A stretch of DNA of 64,000 nucleotides from Malacoraja senta (lineage: Eukaryota). Positions 23,163 to 35,186 of this stretch are shown one piece after another. Numbering within the stretch: position 1 is the stretch's first letter; each line of letters begins with the position of its first letter. The notes under the pieces are model-generated. The model searched no databases. It was not told the DNA's origin and saw only the letters and a list, made by a program, of their open reading frames with translations. Position numbers and translations under genes: made by a program. The DNA lies in the NCBI GenBank assembly GCA_038087875.1, contig CM075979.1, positions 63,612,001-63,676,000 on the forward strand, given 5' to 3'.

Positions 23163-24349
23163 CCCTTTCCACTCAAAAAGTTGTCAATTCATTTTCTCCC
23201 TCTATTGATGCGGTTTGATGAGTGGTTCCAGCATTCGCTTTTTTTGTTGTGGATTTCGAGCATTATATTTGCCCCAGTGATTTTAATGAAGTAGTGTTCG
23301 GTGCATGTTAAATGTTCCTATTTTGTGGGCCAGTAACTTTTAATATGCCTCTTAGCCTTATCATAGGAGATGAAAACACATTTCTAAATTCAAAGATCTT
23401 AAATGGACAAGATGGAGCGTCATTAGAAAGATGCTATAGTGCTCATGTTAAAAGGGGACAGAAAAGAGCATTTAAAAGGGGAATAGAAAATTCTTCTTAT
23501 AACAAAGGACCCTATATGTAGTAGTTCTGGGAGACATATAAACTAACCAACTTAATTTTAATTTACCTATTAACTATAATTGTTGGTTTGTCATGCTTTA
23601 CTTGAAATAGGTATATTTTGGAACATTTTGTACTTCTATATGACATAGTAGTTAATTTGTGAATGAGGCAATAAACTGAAATATAGATGTTTTTAAATTA
23701 GCATTTTGTACTTCAGTCATGTTTTTGTACCTCAAAGAAACAAGCTGTTTCAAGAAATCAATTTATCATAGCTTTTAACTGCTTTGTAAATGTAACTAAC
23801 TTTGAAGATTTTATTAATTTGGCAAATAAGTTGGGGAAGAGAGAAAATTTTGATTACAAGGGAAAAATAATTTGAGACAAAAACCCCATAAAAAATTGTA
23901 AGAATACTAATCATTTTTAGCATGCCATCTTCAACAAGTTAGTCTGCAAAATAGAAGAGGGTGACAGAGAATCATAGAAGTATTGGACTAATTGAGTTAT
24001 TTTGCAGTTAGGAATATAGGAGGTCAAAAAGCATATCTAGATAGGACTGATTAGGAAATGAGAAATTTGGATTTAATTCGTGCAACATTGGACAACACGT
24101 TAAAATGCCTCATTTGGAAGAATAAGACCAAGTGTGAGTTCTTGTGAGTGCATTAAGGGAAGTGATCCAAAGCTTGATCAGAGACTGGGCAGCTTGTGAT
24201 GTAAGAATATAGTTTGTTTAAAATAAGTAGTTTGTAAACAGAAAATGTATTGAAATGAAAGTAGTACACATCTGCAAGCAAGGGATTTGAAGAAAATAAT
24301 GGATTGTTAAATTGATGACACTAATCCAGCCCAATGATTCAAAACATAT

Positions 24350-25027
24350 GAGCACTCGCATGGGCCCCAGCTATACCTGCCTTTTGTTGGTTAAGTTGAA
24401 CAGTCCTTGTTCCAACCATAGAGTGGCACCTGCCCCCAATTTGAACTTTGCTACATCGACGACAGCATAGGGCTGCCTCCTGCACTCGTGCAGAACTCGT
24501 TGATTTCATCAACTTGTAATTTCCACTTTGCCATCAAATTCACTTGGACTATCTCTGACACCTTTCTCGATCTCTCTGTCTCCATCACAGTGGCAGACTT
24601 TCAAATTATGCCTATCATAAACCCACCGACTCTCGTATCTTGACTACACTCCCTCCCACCTACCTCTTGCAAGGACGCCAAACCCCGCTCTCACTTTCGC
24701 TATCTCCGCTGCATCAGCCCAACATGCGATTTTCCACTCTAGGACTTTTGAGATGTCCTTTTTCGTTAGTAAACGTAGTTTTTCACCCTGCTGTTGTGAA
24801 TGGATTCCTCATCCATGTCACCTCTGTCCCGCAGTTCTGCTCTTGCTTCCCCAGACGGAACAAGGATTCTCTCCCCAACAGCTTTCTCTCCCCCACTTCA
24901 AGCAGACTGAACAAAGCTCCCGACCCGAAGTGTCCCTGTCTCCCGAGATGCTGCCTGACCCACTAAGTTACTCCAGCACTTTGTGTTCTATGCAAGATTC
25001 TAGCATCTGCAGTTCCTTGTGTACATT
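24350..25027 (+). mobile_element. Decayed Penelope-like RT fragment with terminal repeat
   Basis: atgggccccagctatacctgcc (MGPSY.C motif); ends gttactccagcactttgtg...gcatctgcagttcc. Confidence 0.75.
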
Positions 25028-25634
25028 CTAAAGGTGATGCTGATTATAATATGCAATAGATAAGAAATGGATAGTTAACTGTATGGCTAACTTTTTCTTA
25101 GCCATACAAATTTGTGATGCAGAAAGTCGAGCCTTTGGAAATTTGTTCAGTAGCATAATATAGGAATGGAAATTGTTTTTGTGGTAAATGTCCAAATTCT
25201 CGTGCCACAGTGTGGCTTGTGATTATTTATTAACAATTCGATAATTTTAATTCCTGTAAAGTCATTGGGTTAGTTAAGGCAGAGCAAACTTTTCTCGTAA
25301 AGCCGATTGTTCCAAAAAAATCTGATGATGTAAGTTAAATCAGTATTACAGTAATCAATACATTCTTCATTGTACATATTGAATATGCAATTCAATTGAT
25401 GCATATTGCAATTATACTTTTAGATAGATAAATATAATTGAATTTCACACTTTCGAGAAAATAAATCAGTTTTCATATCAGTTTAACAATGTGAGTGCAT
25501 TATCTTGTTTATCAAATGAATTTAATAAACACTAATTCAAATCTGAATATTAAAAATGTAAAAAAATTTGGTCATAGTTAAACTTCAATTTACTTTTGCA
25601 TATATTTGATAAACAATTTATTTTATCTTGTCAG

Positions 25635-25805
25635 ATATATTAGTGTGTCTTGTGTCAGTGGATATCCAGTCATTTGGGTCTGATAAATCTGCTACTGTCA
25701 AACTAATACAATATCAAAGTTCCAATGACCAAGCAATCTCTGACATCAGACCACAAGCAATGGAGCACTTACAACAAGCACCAACCCAGATTGCGGCAAC
25801 TTCAG
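25635..25805 (+). CDS. ARID2: ARID2 exon 11 equivalent
   Basis: tcag| ... TCAG|gtaagt, 171 bp; (D)ILVCLVSVDIQSFG...DIRPQAME. Confidence 0.94.
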
Positions 25806-28800
25806 GTAAGTTATCAACAGTGATTTAAAACAAAACATTTCAAGTGCTGGAAATCGGAAACCCAGAATTTTTTGTTGTAATAAATCGAATTTTATGTTGG
25901 AATTTTGTACTGAAATACTCTTGGATTCCTTTTTTTGGTCTGTGTGCTGGAAAACTGCTTTTAGATGAGAAGACTATCAGGTTACCCGTTGTCTCATTGC
26001 AGCCAAATTATCTTCTAACTTGTGTATAGTGAATGGACACTTGCAGACACAGTATTTGTAGGATCTATGATATGAACAGAAACTGTTGATATGTTGAAAA
26101 TGTGTTGCAGTATTCCATAAGCAGTGGAGATAATTGGGGGAGTTTGAAATTAGTGACTTGAGTGAACTGTTAGTGGTATTGGAAGAATAGAACAGTAGAA
26201 CATTGAATGGACAGTCATAACCGCAGGCGTAGACTGAAACTAATTCAGCATTTATGACTGGAATGTTATCTGCACTAATACTCTTTGTACTAGATGAACA
26301 AAAGCTTTCAAACAGTTAAGACTTAGCAAGAAAATTAAAAGCCAGAATTTTATTTATCAAATGGATGTAAACTCCTGTGACCTTTATAAAAAATAAAAAA
26401 ATGTCAATAGATTCTTTTCAACACTGACGATGAAAATGAATCTTTACAACTATTTCACTTCCTAAAACAGTATGAGAAAATAATGTAAGTGTTAATGTGG
26501 GGGAAAGCAGTAACGTACAGTGTTTCCTTGTGGCAGCAGGCCCATACCACTGAATTGCTGTTAGCTTAGCAAGAATTGACAGACTATGCACTCTAATTGT
26601 ATCCGACATTTACAGCATGACCTTAAAGTGTTTCATTCTCTACTGCGAATCTGCCATTTGTGAATTCTATCCAAAAACCATCAGCAATTCATATTGGAAC
26701 CCAGTTAATCTACAATCATGACTGATAAAGGAAAATATCTTAACTGAATTTATAATATGAAAGTGAATAGAAACTGCTTTTAAATATTAAATTGGGAAGG
26801 ACTTTCCCTGCATCTTTTAAAAAAATCACCTGAATTTGCCTGTGTGACATGCGTAAATCTTGTGTGAATAATTTTGTTTCCATGCTTTTTATTTAAATGT
26901 TTTCTTTTCAGATTATATCTTCCACATACAAACACTTGGGTCTCCCTAACTGTAATTGTACAATGACGAATGGTTTACACAATCTTCTTCACAGGACCCC
27001 TTGCATGGCATTGGTTTTAAACTCACCATTGACATAGATTTTAAGCCTGCATTGCCCATTTTCTTCTTTCTAACATTTCATCCTTCTGCTTTTTCCTTTA
27101 TGATCATAATTTTGTGCTGTTGAATGATTCCAAATAGATGTAATCATTTCACTTGTTACAAACCAAGTAAACAGCAAGATCTTCAGGTCATCCCATGACC
27201 TTGCTGGGAAGTTTTACTTCAGATTTTTTGTAGTAAAGTTCTGAAAATGTCTACTAAGGGTTTGACCTGAGGAAATGAATGTGATGCCTCAGAGAAGCTG
27301 AATTTAAAATAATGTATAAAAATAAATACATATAAGCTATCCAGTTACAAGATAGATACTTGAGATTTATCTAATAGGAATCTATACATTTCTTTGCATT
27401 ATTAGTACCTCTTTATTATAAAACGGATAGCTGTATAAAATTGATGGTTGTTGCCCACAATTTTTTACAAAATAATACTATTATACCAGGCCATCTTTGA
27501 TGGGAGCTCGAAAATCTCATTTTGGCAACTGTTTAAAGTTCAGCCCCTAGATGTTCTCAAAACTTGATTATCAACTTCGTTTTACACCTCCAGAATTTTT
27601 AACCTTCCAACAAATCATTTGGGTCCATGCGAGGCCAGTCATTTGGCCTTTATTCCTAACCAACATGAACATGGTACGGCTGCTGGAAAATGACTGCCAT
27701 CTTTCTTTGTTTAACAGCAGAGACCAGGCATATTCTCACAGAGAGGAAGGAAAATTTGGAGGGATGTTTTCCCCGGGGCCATGTTCATACACTTCCTCGT
27801 GACTTGGAGAATGGTCTATGGCGTGGGGAGACCTGAAAAAGTGTAAGGGGAGAAAATATAAACTTATGACAACATTTAGAAGCATTGTAGCCTTAAACTA
27901 GGCAGTAGGGATTTGTTCACTGTGGTTGCTGTATACTTTGACTTTTTTTTTTAGATATGCATATCTCTGTCCCTGTTAATCTACCTTTTAGAAGCTTCCG
28001 TGGATGGAAGGTCTGCTTTTGAAGGAGAAATGGAAGTTGCCCACTGTAATTTCTGTTCTCCAAAGAATGGTTTTCTGGCACAATCTGTTGATCTTCTCAT
28101 GACAAAACCTCTTGATATTGCCATGGTGGTAGGGGTAGGTGAGTGAGTGTGTTTGAGGCAGTGGTGAGGGAAAAGGATTAGTAATTACTTTCATGGTGTT
28201 TAAACTGCAAAATACCAACAGTTTGTTGCCAGCAATGATGGAGCAGGTTTTTTGTTTTTGGCAAACTGGAAAGAAAACACTGGACCATTTACAGATAACA
28301 TCATTGTCTATCCCTTCATCTCCAACCTTTGTTTCTTCCTCTACTTTCTTACTGATTTGTTTTGTGGCTTGTTTCAGCTTTACCATCAGCACCAAAAGCT
28401 AGCCAAGGTGTATTTAATATCCATTAGAATTATTATTTATTTATTTAACCATTAATGTTCAATCAATGTTTTTTTTACCCACATCAGAATATAATTTTGT
28501 ATATTCTGGGACATTTTTTTTCTGAAGTTATGAGATTCTCATTCTCTCTGACCTTTTGCCATCAAGAGCAAGGTGATGGCTAACTTCTTATCAGACTATT
28601 GTCAGTGTCATACTGACCAACTAGCAGTGGACCAGCTGAGAATCACTTCTGATTCTTTCTTTAATTGTTTACAGTCCCTGTGTCTTCTCAAATTGGCCAG
28701 AGATTTTCAGAAGCTATCTTGTGGCACCACCTCCTGGTGCTAAGACCATGTCACTACACTTCAATCAGCAACTTCAGATCCTTTTCTAGCAGTGCGATTT

Positions 28801-29069
28801 TGTAGATGGTGGCTTTTGAACGTTTCTGCCAGCATGCATACAGTTAGGTAAACCCAAGTGTTTATATGCATAGTTGTGTTTGGAGAACAGAACTTACAAT
28901 GAGGAGTAATTTCCCGTTTTTGTAGCTTGAAAGTATAAAAATAAAAGGGTGAATAGCAATTTATGAACTGTTGTTCAAATTACTCTTAAACATATGGCTT
29001 CATTGTGAGATATGGTATTCCATCACCTTGTCTTCTCCATTATTGATCCTTTCTTTCTCACTTGCACAG

Positions 29070-29142
29070 CACCAAGAGTTGGCTCTGCAGTGGTAACCCC
29101 AGCAGGAATGGAAGTTGACAGTGAAAAGTTTTGCTGCCAGTG
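29070..29142 (+). CDS. ARID2: ARID2 exon 12 equivalent
   Basis: acag| ... TG|gtaagt, 73 bp; PRVGSAVVTPAGMEVDSEKFCCQ(W). Confidence 0.92.
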
Positions 29143-29654
29143 GTAAGTGTAAATTCTCATCACAAATAGTTTAATATTGTGCATTTCAACTGATGATGAG
29201 AAAAATTGAAACAATGTTCTTGGTTTCATAATTATCCCATTTTATTCTATTAGTACATTTCAAGTACTCATTAACACACAGGATGTGTTCCCAGGAATGA
29301 GAGCACTATGGAATCATGTCTAAAAGAGATCAGAGATGTATTGCTCACAACACGACGAGTCTTTGCAATCTTCTGCCATTCCGACTGCTGTCCAAGAACT
29401 TGGCACCAAATTCTGGACTCTTGTTGCTCTTTGCTGGGAACCTGGCACAAAATCTTGCCCTTCACGGTCACTGCAGCAACAATGAACCTCTTACAGATTG
29501 ACATGTAGAGGTTGCCTCTGCAGGATGGTTTTAGGCAGGCTGGGGTGAGTGGTGTGGTTGCTCAGCACTAACGTATGGGATCAGAGCTACATACCAGCCA
29601 GCACAGTGAATGTGAAAGCCATCATTGGGAATGGGCAGCATCTGCTCCACATGG

Positions 29655-30342
29655 AGGAAGGAACTACAGACGCTGGTTTAAACCGAAGATAGACACAAAA
29701 AACTGGTGTAACTCAGCGGGTCAGACGACATCTCTGAAGTATAGGAATAGGTGATGTTTCGGATCGAGACCCTTCTTCAGACAGTCGGGGGGAAAGGAAA
29801 CAAGAGATATAGAGGGTGACATAGAGAGATATAAAGCAATTGAATGAAAGAAATGCAAAAAAGTAACGATGATAAAGGAAACGGGCCATTGTTAGCTGTT
29901 GGCGAGGTGAAAATTAGTTACAGACAATGAGACTCAACAAGACAACTTTGAAACTATTACAATTACTTAGGTGGGGGAGGGATGGACAGAGAGAGAGAGA
30001 GATGGGATACAAGGGTAACTTGAAGTCGGATAAATCAATATTTATACCGCTCGGTAGTATGCTGCCCCAGCAAAATATGATGTGCTGTTCCTCCAATTTG
30101 TGTTTGGCCTAACTCTGACAATGGAGGAGGCCCAGGACAGAAAGGTCAGTGTGGGAATGGGAAGGGGAATTAAAGTGTTTGGCAACTGGGAGATCAGGTA
30201 GGACCAGGTGGACTGAGCGAAGGTGTTCAGCAAAACGATCGCCCAGTCTACGTTTGGTATAAGAGTCCACAACTTGAACCATGGATGCAGTAGATGAGGT
30301 TGGAGGAGGTGCAAGTGAACATGTAATCTGAAAGGACTGTCC
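29655..30342 (-). mobile_element. Penelope-like element 3' part (GIY-YIG remnant plus terminal repeat)
   Basis: TKRRLGDRFAEHLRSV...PVAKHFNSPSHSHTDLSVLGLLHCQS; LEEQHIIF; hammerhead-like core at 29753-29780. Confidence 0.85.
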
Positions 30343-31671
30343 TATATACATTTTTCCTCACCACCACCAGTGGAATGGAGTAGAAGCTGCTGTACCTCTC
30401 TTTATTTGTTTGAAGAACTGTGCCTAGTCCAGATATTTCTTCCCTGTGGTAAGAAGCTAAGCAACCAGTGATCACTGATCTTGTCATCGTAGAGAAATCT
30501 CTGAGCTGGTGAAAGATGTGCAGGCAAATGACGAGAAGAGGAGGCAGCATTTTCTGTCAGGATATGTTTACCCATGGAGCTGGTGCTGTTTGTGCTGAGC
30601 AAGAGGCCACATTCACCCATGACTGTGCCCCTCATCCTTAGTACTGAGTGACAGTATTGAATGCCCAACACCAGCCATGACTGGTTATCTCCACACTGAG
30701 CTATGGGTGCTTTATTGCTTGGGAGGTCCAGTGAAGGTCTATGGTTTGCACCATCCAAGTTCCCAGCACATTAGCTGGAGTTCATACAGAATCATGGCAC
30801 ATTGTCTGAGTGGATGCCTTTTTCTTTTGAAGTTCACAGGGGTTATACTTGTGTGTTTGGACATGAGAATCAAGAGTAATATAACGTATCAGCACTCAGC
30901 ATGGTAATGCCAAATGAGATTGTAAGACAGACGGATGACAGAGTTGCCAAAGAGCAAACCTCGGGATATCTGTCAAGCCTAATGACTAATTTCAAGTGCT
31001 TCAAGTGTGTGGCAATATACACGTGACAAACTAGGATAAGTATAATGGAACATGAAAAAGATCTGTGGTGCTACCACAGGAATGTAAGGGCACCGTTAAA
31101 GCTCACCTTTGACAAACTATTATGGCAGAGCACAATGTGTTCCACAATCCAGTGAGTTAATGATTTAACTATTTATGCACAGAAGGATAGAAGGATGATC
31201 ATTGCCAACAACAGAGAGCCTGAACATTCCTTTTCAAAATTTGGCAGAGTTCTATGAATACCACAGACATACTGCACAGATCACCATTGGGCACCAACAC
31301 AATTTATTCCCAATCACTATTTTGGCTGACTTTTCTTGTCTTGGTTTGTGGTTGGACATAGGTTAATATATGAATGTCATTCACTTGGAATCTTATTCTG
31401 TATTGCTGCCCAATCAATAAAAGTCCAGTAGCACCCAATAATTTAAAAATAGCCATTCTAAAATGTCACATTTTCAGCAGTGAATTGTTTAAATTAAACA
31501 CTTTTTCCTTCAAACAGAGTTTATATAGGGGAACAGCCTTTTATGGCAATATTATCCAGATTATAAACATTGGGCTTCTTTTACCAGCATCTGCAGTTCC
31601 TTCTTACACATTTTATCTACCCAAGTCTGGTATACAAACCCACTGAACTTGTGATCTTTTGGTTTTTACAG

Positions 31672-31806
31672 GTTAAGCACACATTTTGAGACCTATTTAG
31701 AAGGCTCTGTCTCGCGAATGGACCTATACTCTGAGTATCTTTCTCGATGTAGTAAACTGGCTCGGGGTGGAATTCTGACATCAACAGGATTTAACAAATG
31801 TCTCAG
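31672..31806 (+). CDS. ARID2: ARID2 exon 13 equivalent (RFX-type winged helix)
   Basis: acag| ... AG|gtaaat, 135 bp; [44 protein letters not shown](R). Confidence 0.95.
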
Positions 31807-32341
31807 GTAAATCAAAAAAAGGAGTAAATTGATTTTCTGTTTAGAATAATCTGCCTCGCCTTAGTTGTTTTATAAATCAATTTGATAAATCAGTACAACA
31901 TTATAGTTAGTGCACACATGTAAGTGTTGGCTTTGGCAGTGATAGCAGGAATAGCAAAAATATATATAATTTAAAGAGTTTATATATTATTTACTAACTG
32001 AAAGTGCACGCACTTGTTGGTAGCTTTGTGTAATTGTTTCTATTGTTACCAATTTGAAATGAATTTTGAAAGAACAAATGTACAGCTTGGGAAAATTCCT
32101 TTGTGGTATTTCTGATTTTTTTTATTTTACATGGGGATATTTGCACTTTCTCACCACTGAGGTTGCATTAAAATCCCTACCTGCCTCTTGTTGATTCATG
32201 TTTTTGTGTGTGTAGAAAAAATCCCAAGGAAGTCAAGTTACAACATCCCCAAAATGTCCATTTAATAATCTTTAAGTCTGAATAGCTGTAGTTTAAAAAT
32301 ACTAATGTGGCTGCTTAATGAGGCTTGTTTTCCTTTGTAAG

Positions 32342-32517
32342 GACTCTGTTTCCAGCACATACAGTGAAACGAATAGAGGAAAATAATGGACAAGCGCAAA
32401 TCCGCGTAGTAGGCATCCAGAGAAGGGTTACACCGCTTCCCATACAGATACACTACCAGCAGTTGCCAACTGTTCTCTCTGTCACATCAGAGCTGACCCA
32501 AAGCCCACCTACATCAG
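32342..32517 (+). CDS. ARID2: ARID2 exon 14 equivalent
   Basis: taag| ... TCAG|gtaaaa, 176 bp; TLFPAHTVKRIEENNGQAQIRVVGIQRRVTPLPIQIHYQQ. Confidence 0.94.
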
Positions 32518-33189
32518 GTAAAAAGTTACTTATTCATTAGAACGGATAACAACAAACTTAATAAAAACTGACACCATTAGATGTTTTTGCGAGCATTTTA
32601 AACAACAATCATGTTATTCTTTATTGATTTGTTTTCCTTCACAATTTCAGTATGTTAACAGTAACATGTTCTATAGATTATTTGAATTTTATCTTTTCTG
32701 TCGAGAAAGTAACAAAGTTTGGTTTGTAAAAAAACAAATAAAAGTTGTACAGTTGGTAAATTAATGTACTGATATGTGAAATGTGCCATATGGTAATGTC
32801 TACTACATTGCTTTTAAAGACAGTTCCTGATGCTAAATCTAGCACAGGATATTTTTCACTCTGGCAGCCTAAAATATATACCTTTGTTATGGTTAGCACT
32901 GATCAAGAATAACTTCCTTGTTTATAGCAGATTTAATATGGGAGAAAAAAAATTCCTAAACAATAAAGGCAAGGATGTAACAAAAATTAATGTCAAACCA
33001 GAAAGGAAGAGATTAAGTGGCTGAGACAAGTTGATCTCCTAGACTGGTTTCTCTTGCACTGTATAAGATGCATAATTCATCTCGATGCACCATTTTTCTC
33101 TCAGTGCCAGTAAGGAGAAACTGTCATTTGTGCTTTTCAAAAGCAATTACTAGATTTCTCAATTTGTATAGTTTTCTTCCCTTTCCTTA

Positions 33190-33492
33190 TCACAGTGGCT
33201 CAGCTGGTGGAGCTACTGCCTCACAGCGGCAGACACCCAGGTTCGATCCTGACCTTGGATGCTGTCTGTGTGGAGTTTACGCCATTTCCCTGTGACTGGG
33301 TTTCCTTCAGGTGCTCTGATTGCCTCTCACATCCCAGAGATGGTTTGTAGGTTAATTGGCCCCTGTAAATTGCCCATAGTGTGGGGGGGTGGATGAGAAA
33401 GTGGGATAGCATCGAACTAGTGTGAATGGGTGATCTAGGGTTGGCGTGGACTCGGTGTGCTTAAGGGCATGTTTCCATGCTGTATCTCTAAA
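33190..33492 (+). mobile_element. HE1-type V-SINE, full length
   Basis: A-box-like tggctcagctggtggag, B-box ggttcgatcc, tail ctgtatctctaaa. Confidence 0.82.
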
Positions 33493-34379
33493 CAGTTAAC
33501 TTTCAAGCATTCCTAAAGCTCACAATAATAATGATCCTGTAATCAGATACCTTCCCCCCCTGAAGCTCTTGTCCCAAATAGAGGCAATAATGTCTGCCAC
33601 TTTTCCTCCTGGTATAACCATGAATTTCAATTCAAGGAAGACTGTCAGAAATAATTTACTTTCTTTGATGACGACAATTTTATGGACACAGCTGATGAAT
33701 GTTATTTTTTACAAATTCCTTGACTTTTCTCCATTGTTCCATTGACAACAAAGGCCCATCTCTTGTTTTGGAGCAAGCTGAAACATGTATCTTTAGTCCA
33801 GCTCTTTTGGTCATCTACCCTAATGTTTTCATACTTGGTTCAGAGTCATATTTTATTATTAGATCTGTGTTGTGCGTTATGGCATTTTACTATGTATAGG
33901 GGTCATACGAATGACAGATGTTCGTGTGTACTGAAAAAATACTTGTGGCTTTTGCAATTTTTAGGTATTTTATATTAGATGGGTTTATTACCATGGAGCA
34001 CTTTATCAGAAGATCTTATTTGCCTGCAGTATCGTAATTTTCTTACTGGAATTTATCCTTTTAAAAGCTTATTTATATAGTGACCGTCATTTTAGGGTGG
34101 TGCTGAGAGTAGATGCCAAGAGCAACGATGTGCAACAAGATAAAATAAAACAAAAGAGCAACAAGAAGTCAGGCGGCATCTGTGGAAAGATCAATATCCG
34201 TGATCCTATTTTTGCAAATGCTTCCTCAGCACCCTGATTTCCAGCAGTTCTTGATTTTCACACAAGAATGATCTTGCTTTTGGTGGAGCTAGCCTTCCAG
34301 ATACTAGATATTTGGTTTATTCTAAAGATAATGGATAAGCTGTATTAGCTTCTGAATAAACTAAACTAAATTGAATGCA

Positions 34380-35080
34380 AGGGTTGAGATGTCATGTTAA
34401 AGCTACAATGTATTTTGCTGAGACTGCACCTGGTATATTGTATGCAGTTCTGGTCACCTTACTGTATAGGAAGGATGTGATTAAGTTACAGATAGTGCAG
34501 AAAGATTCACAAAGTGTGCCGGACTGGAGAGTTGTCAGAAGAGACTGGACAGAACAGTTGTCAGCCGATAGACACAAAATGCTGGAGTAACTCAGCGGGA
34601 CAGGCAGCATCTCTGGAGAGAAGGAATGGGTGACGTTTCAGGTCGAGACCCTTCACACTGTAGATATTGGTCAGAACAGACTGGACTGTTTTCCAGTCCA
34701 GGAGGCTGAGAGGTGACCTTGCAGAGCTTTATCTTGCACGGTATAAATAAAATGGACGTTCATAGTCATTTTCTCAGAGTAGGTGAATCTAAAATGTGAC
34801 CGTATTGGTTTAATGTGAGACGGGAAATATTTCAGATGTTCTACGAGGCAGTCTTTCACAGAAGATGTATGTATATGGAATGAGCAAAAGGTAAAGACAG
34901 ATATAAATATAATGTTTAAAAGACATTTGGGCAGAGTCGTACATAGGTTTAGAGAGAAGTGGGCCAAATGCAAGCAGATGGGAATAGCTCAGGAAGGCAC
35001 CTTGGTCGGCACCTTGTTTGGCATGGACAAATTGGGTCAAAGCGGCATGTCTGTGCTTCTATAACTCTAGGACTATGAAT
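34380..35080 (+). mobile_element. CR1 3' region interrupted by a Penelope terminal repeat (~34567-34655)
   Basis: cacctggtatattgtatgcagttctggtcacc...tataggaaggatgtg; aggctgagaggtgacctt. Confidence 0.7.
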
Positions 35081-35186
35081 TGTAAGAGAATATTAATCTG
35101 TAAGGTTCTGTTGAAACTTGACTGTTCTGGAAATTCCTGAGTGGTATCCATGTAAGCTATTTTTTTTTTTTTTTTAACCTTTTCAG

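Noticed and set aside
27650-31360. Possible ancient LINE remnants around exon 12 (also ~720-1080)
   Set aside because: Too decayed to assign family or boundaries by eye
33190-33260. tRNA genes at A/B-box motifs (also near 43390, 20340, 3550)
   Set aside because: These are SINE heads continuing into V-domain and LINE-derived tails; no complete cloverleaf seen
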